Positions 62,570-64,000 of a stretch of DNA of 64,000 nt are shown here, in pieces (position 1 is the first letter of the stretch; the number at the start of each line of letters is the position of its first letter). The notes under the pieces were generated by a model. That model searched no databases, was not told the DNA's origin, and saw nothing but the letters and a program-made list of their open reading frames with translations. Origin of the DNA: Basidiobolus meristosporus CBS 931.73 (lineage: Eukaryota; Fungi; Basidiobolomycota); the NCBI GenBank assembly GCA_002104905.1, contig MCFE01000330.1, forward strand, positions 1 through 64,000, written 5' to 3'. The position numbers and the translations under genes are program-made.

Positions 62570-63454
62570 ATGACTTACTCATCTGAATGGACTTTTCTCA
62601 TCAATCCCATCACTACCACTGGATTTCCTTTTGACACACCAGTGGAGAACTATACCAAGTATTGTGGTCCATCTACCCCAATCTACTCCAGCAGATCCCT
62701 TGTTAAGCTTCTCTGCTATTACAAGAGCTATTGCCCTACCAGGCTTCATCCCACCATCCATGGCAACAAAAGTCCTAGAAGCTTTCATTCACAGCTGACA
62801 GCAATGGAGAACCACCTTTCAGAAGACATGAATGACTTAGAGCAAGCTTGGAGTACTATGTTTTGAAGCTCCACTAGACTTTCATATCCCAGAGTGTTCA
62901 GCAACAGGTTCCATAAAGGGAGTATTTTGGATACCTTCCCAGTCAGGATTAACAGGCCTTCCATAGGGCAGAGGCACTTTTATTCTGGCAAGCACAAGGC
63001 ACACTGTGTGAAGTTTCAAGCACTATCTGACATTGAGGGTAACATCATCTGGTTTAGTGGGCCATTTGCTGGAAGTAGGCATGACAAAGCACTCTGGGTA
63101 GAGAATCATCCTGAATTCAGTAGAGGGGAGAAATGTATGGCAGACTTAGCATATATAGGAGATGATTATCAGAGATTAGGATGTATTACAGCTTATAGGA
63201 AGCCAAGGAATGGTGTGCTTAGCAGGAAGCAGAAGCTCTACAATGAGATATTTAATCCTTTCAGAGTGAGGGTAGAGCATATATTTGAATATCTGAAGAG
63301 ATTCAGCATATTGGCAGGTAAATACAGAGGAAAGTCATATATAGGAGAAAACAGTAGAATAGGTAAAATAGTTAAGACACTTATCAATGCGCAGTATATT
63401 CATACAAGAAGACATCCTCCAAGAGAAATGTGTCTGGAGCATTATGAAGCGTAA
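62570..63454 (+). pseudogene. DDE transposase of copy D with one nonsense codon (TGA at 62864-62866)
   Basis: Both track ORFs (62519-62866, 62894-63454) are in one frame. The TGA replaces the AGA found in copies A and E. Confidence 0.88.
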
Positions 63455-64000
63455 ATATAGCAAGGAATGCACTACTCTGAGCAACATAAGTAAGATTGAG
63501 TAAAGTTACCAGTATCTATAACCTACCACTGGCATGATGGTAGAAATTATAGTGCCAGATAGTGCCAGATTAATGCAGCACTATAAACAAGCTGGCACTA
63601 TGTGGCACTATGCCACAGAACAAGTCTATTCTGTAAGCCATTGGTCCTAACTTAACATTTTGGTGCTACCTATGGCGCTGATATGTTGGAAGATAGGAAG
63701 ACAAGTCAAGTTGCAGGTACTAACACATCCCAATCTCATCATGAATATTACCTTCAGGTCCATCATAATATGTTGAGTTGGCACATGGAGGACAGCCAAG
63801 AGGAGTAGGTAATTATTGAGGAAAGATGTGCATATGGAGACACATATGCCTTTGGCATCAAAATGCCAAGTAGCTCAAATGTATGTGTAATCAGCTAAGG
63901 ATTGCAATGTAGCATTGGATAATAGAGCAAAACAGTGAAAACTTTTTCACTCTAGAGGACTGTACAACTGCAGTTCAGCCCTGCTCCTTGTCTAATAATG

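Larger units (their letters stand above)
56809..63627. mobile_element. PHIS (Pangu-like) element copy D, TSD ATT, containing nested copy E
   Basis: att|TGACTTGTTGCATTGTACTGTGCC...TGCCACAGAACAAGTCT|att. Broken ORF2 at ~57550-58790 (minus strand). Sequence resumes after copy E at 62372 exactly as in intact copies (GCAG-ATT-TCCTAT). Confidence 0.9.
56100..63900 (-). pseudogene. Tc1/mariner-like transposase relic split by PHIS copy D (pieces ~63630-63900 and ~56100-56808)
   Basis: Faint remnants in the expected order: KVIF(T)DE-like near 63740, xGCF..SVFEL near 56730, FQ** (FQQD-like) near 56600, and YIKTSRMPS near 56160. Heavily decayed. Confidence 0.4.

Noticed and set aside
30391-64000. Classical ascomycete RIP as the cause of repeat decay
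   Set aside because: CpA/TpG are abundant and the differences between copies fall at CpG, not CpA->TpA.

Overview
Eukaryotic DNA, most likely fungal (short 50-80 nt GT-AG introns with CTAAC-type branch points). An early-diverging lineage such as a Basidiobolus-like fungus is my inference only. The window has two sharply different halves. Bases 1-30.36 kb are gene-rich with normal CpG. They carry an auxilin/Swa2-like gene, RFC1, a PSP1-domain gene, two intronless secreted SMP-30/gluconolactonase paralogs, an orphan secreted ABC-type substrate-binding protein, and a tandem array of intronless F-box-like/ankyrin-like genes (2 intact, 2 decayed). Bases 30.39-64 kb are a CpG-depleted nested transposon block. 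It is dominated by a two-ORF PHIS (PIF/Harbinger-related) DNA transposon family with AGACTTGTTCC termini and ANT target-site duplications (Pangu-like): 4 terminally complete copies, 2 relics and 4 ~730-bp fold-back MITEs. The block also holds CACTA/EnSpm and Tc1-like relics, a degenerate Ty1/copia element and three solo LTRs, two of which sit in GCGC target sites. The most striking signal is in the youngest PHIS copy: its intact transposase ORF has no CpG at all (all 28 Arg codons are AGA/AGG), while the partner gene and termini of the same element are CpG-rich. Older copies are losing those CpGs by CG->TG/CA change. All coordinates, counts and alignments were done by eye.
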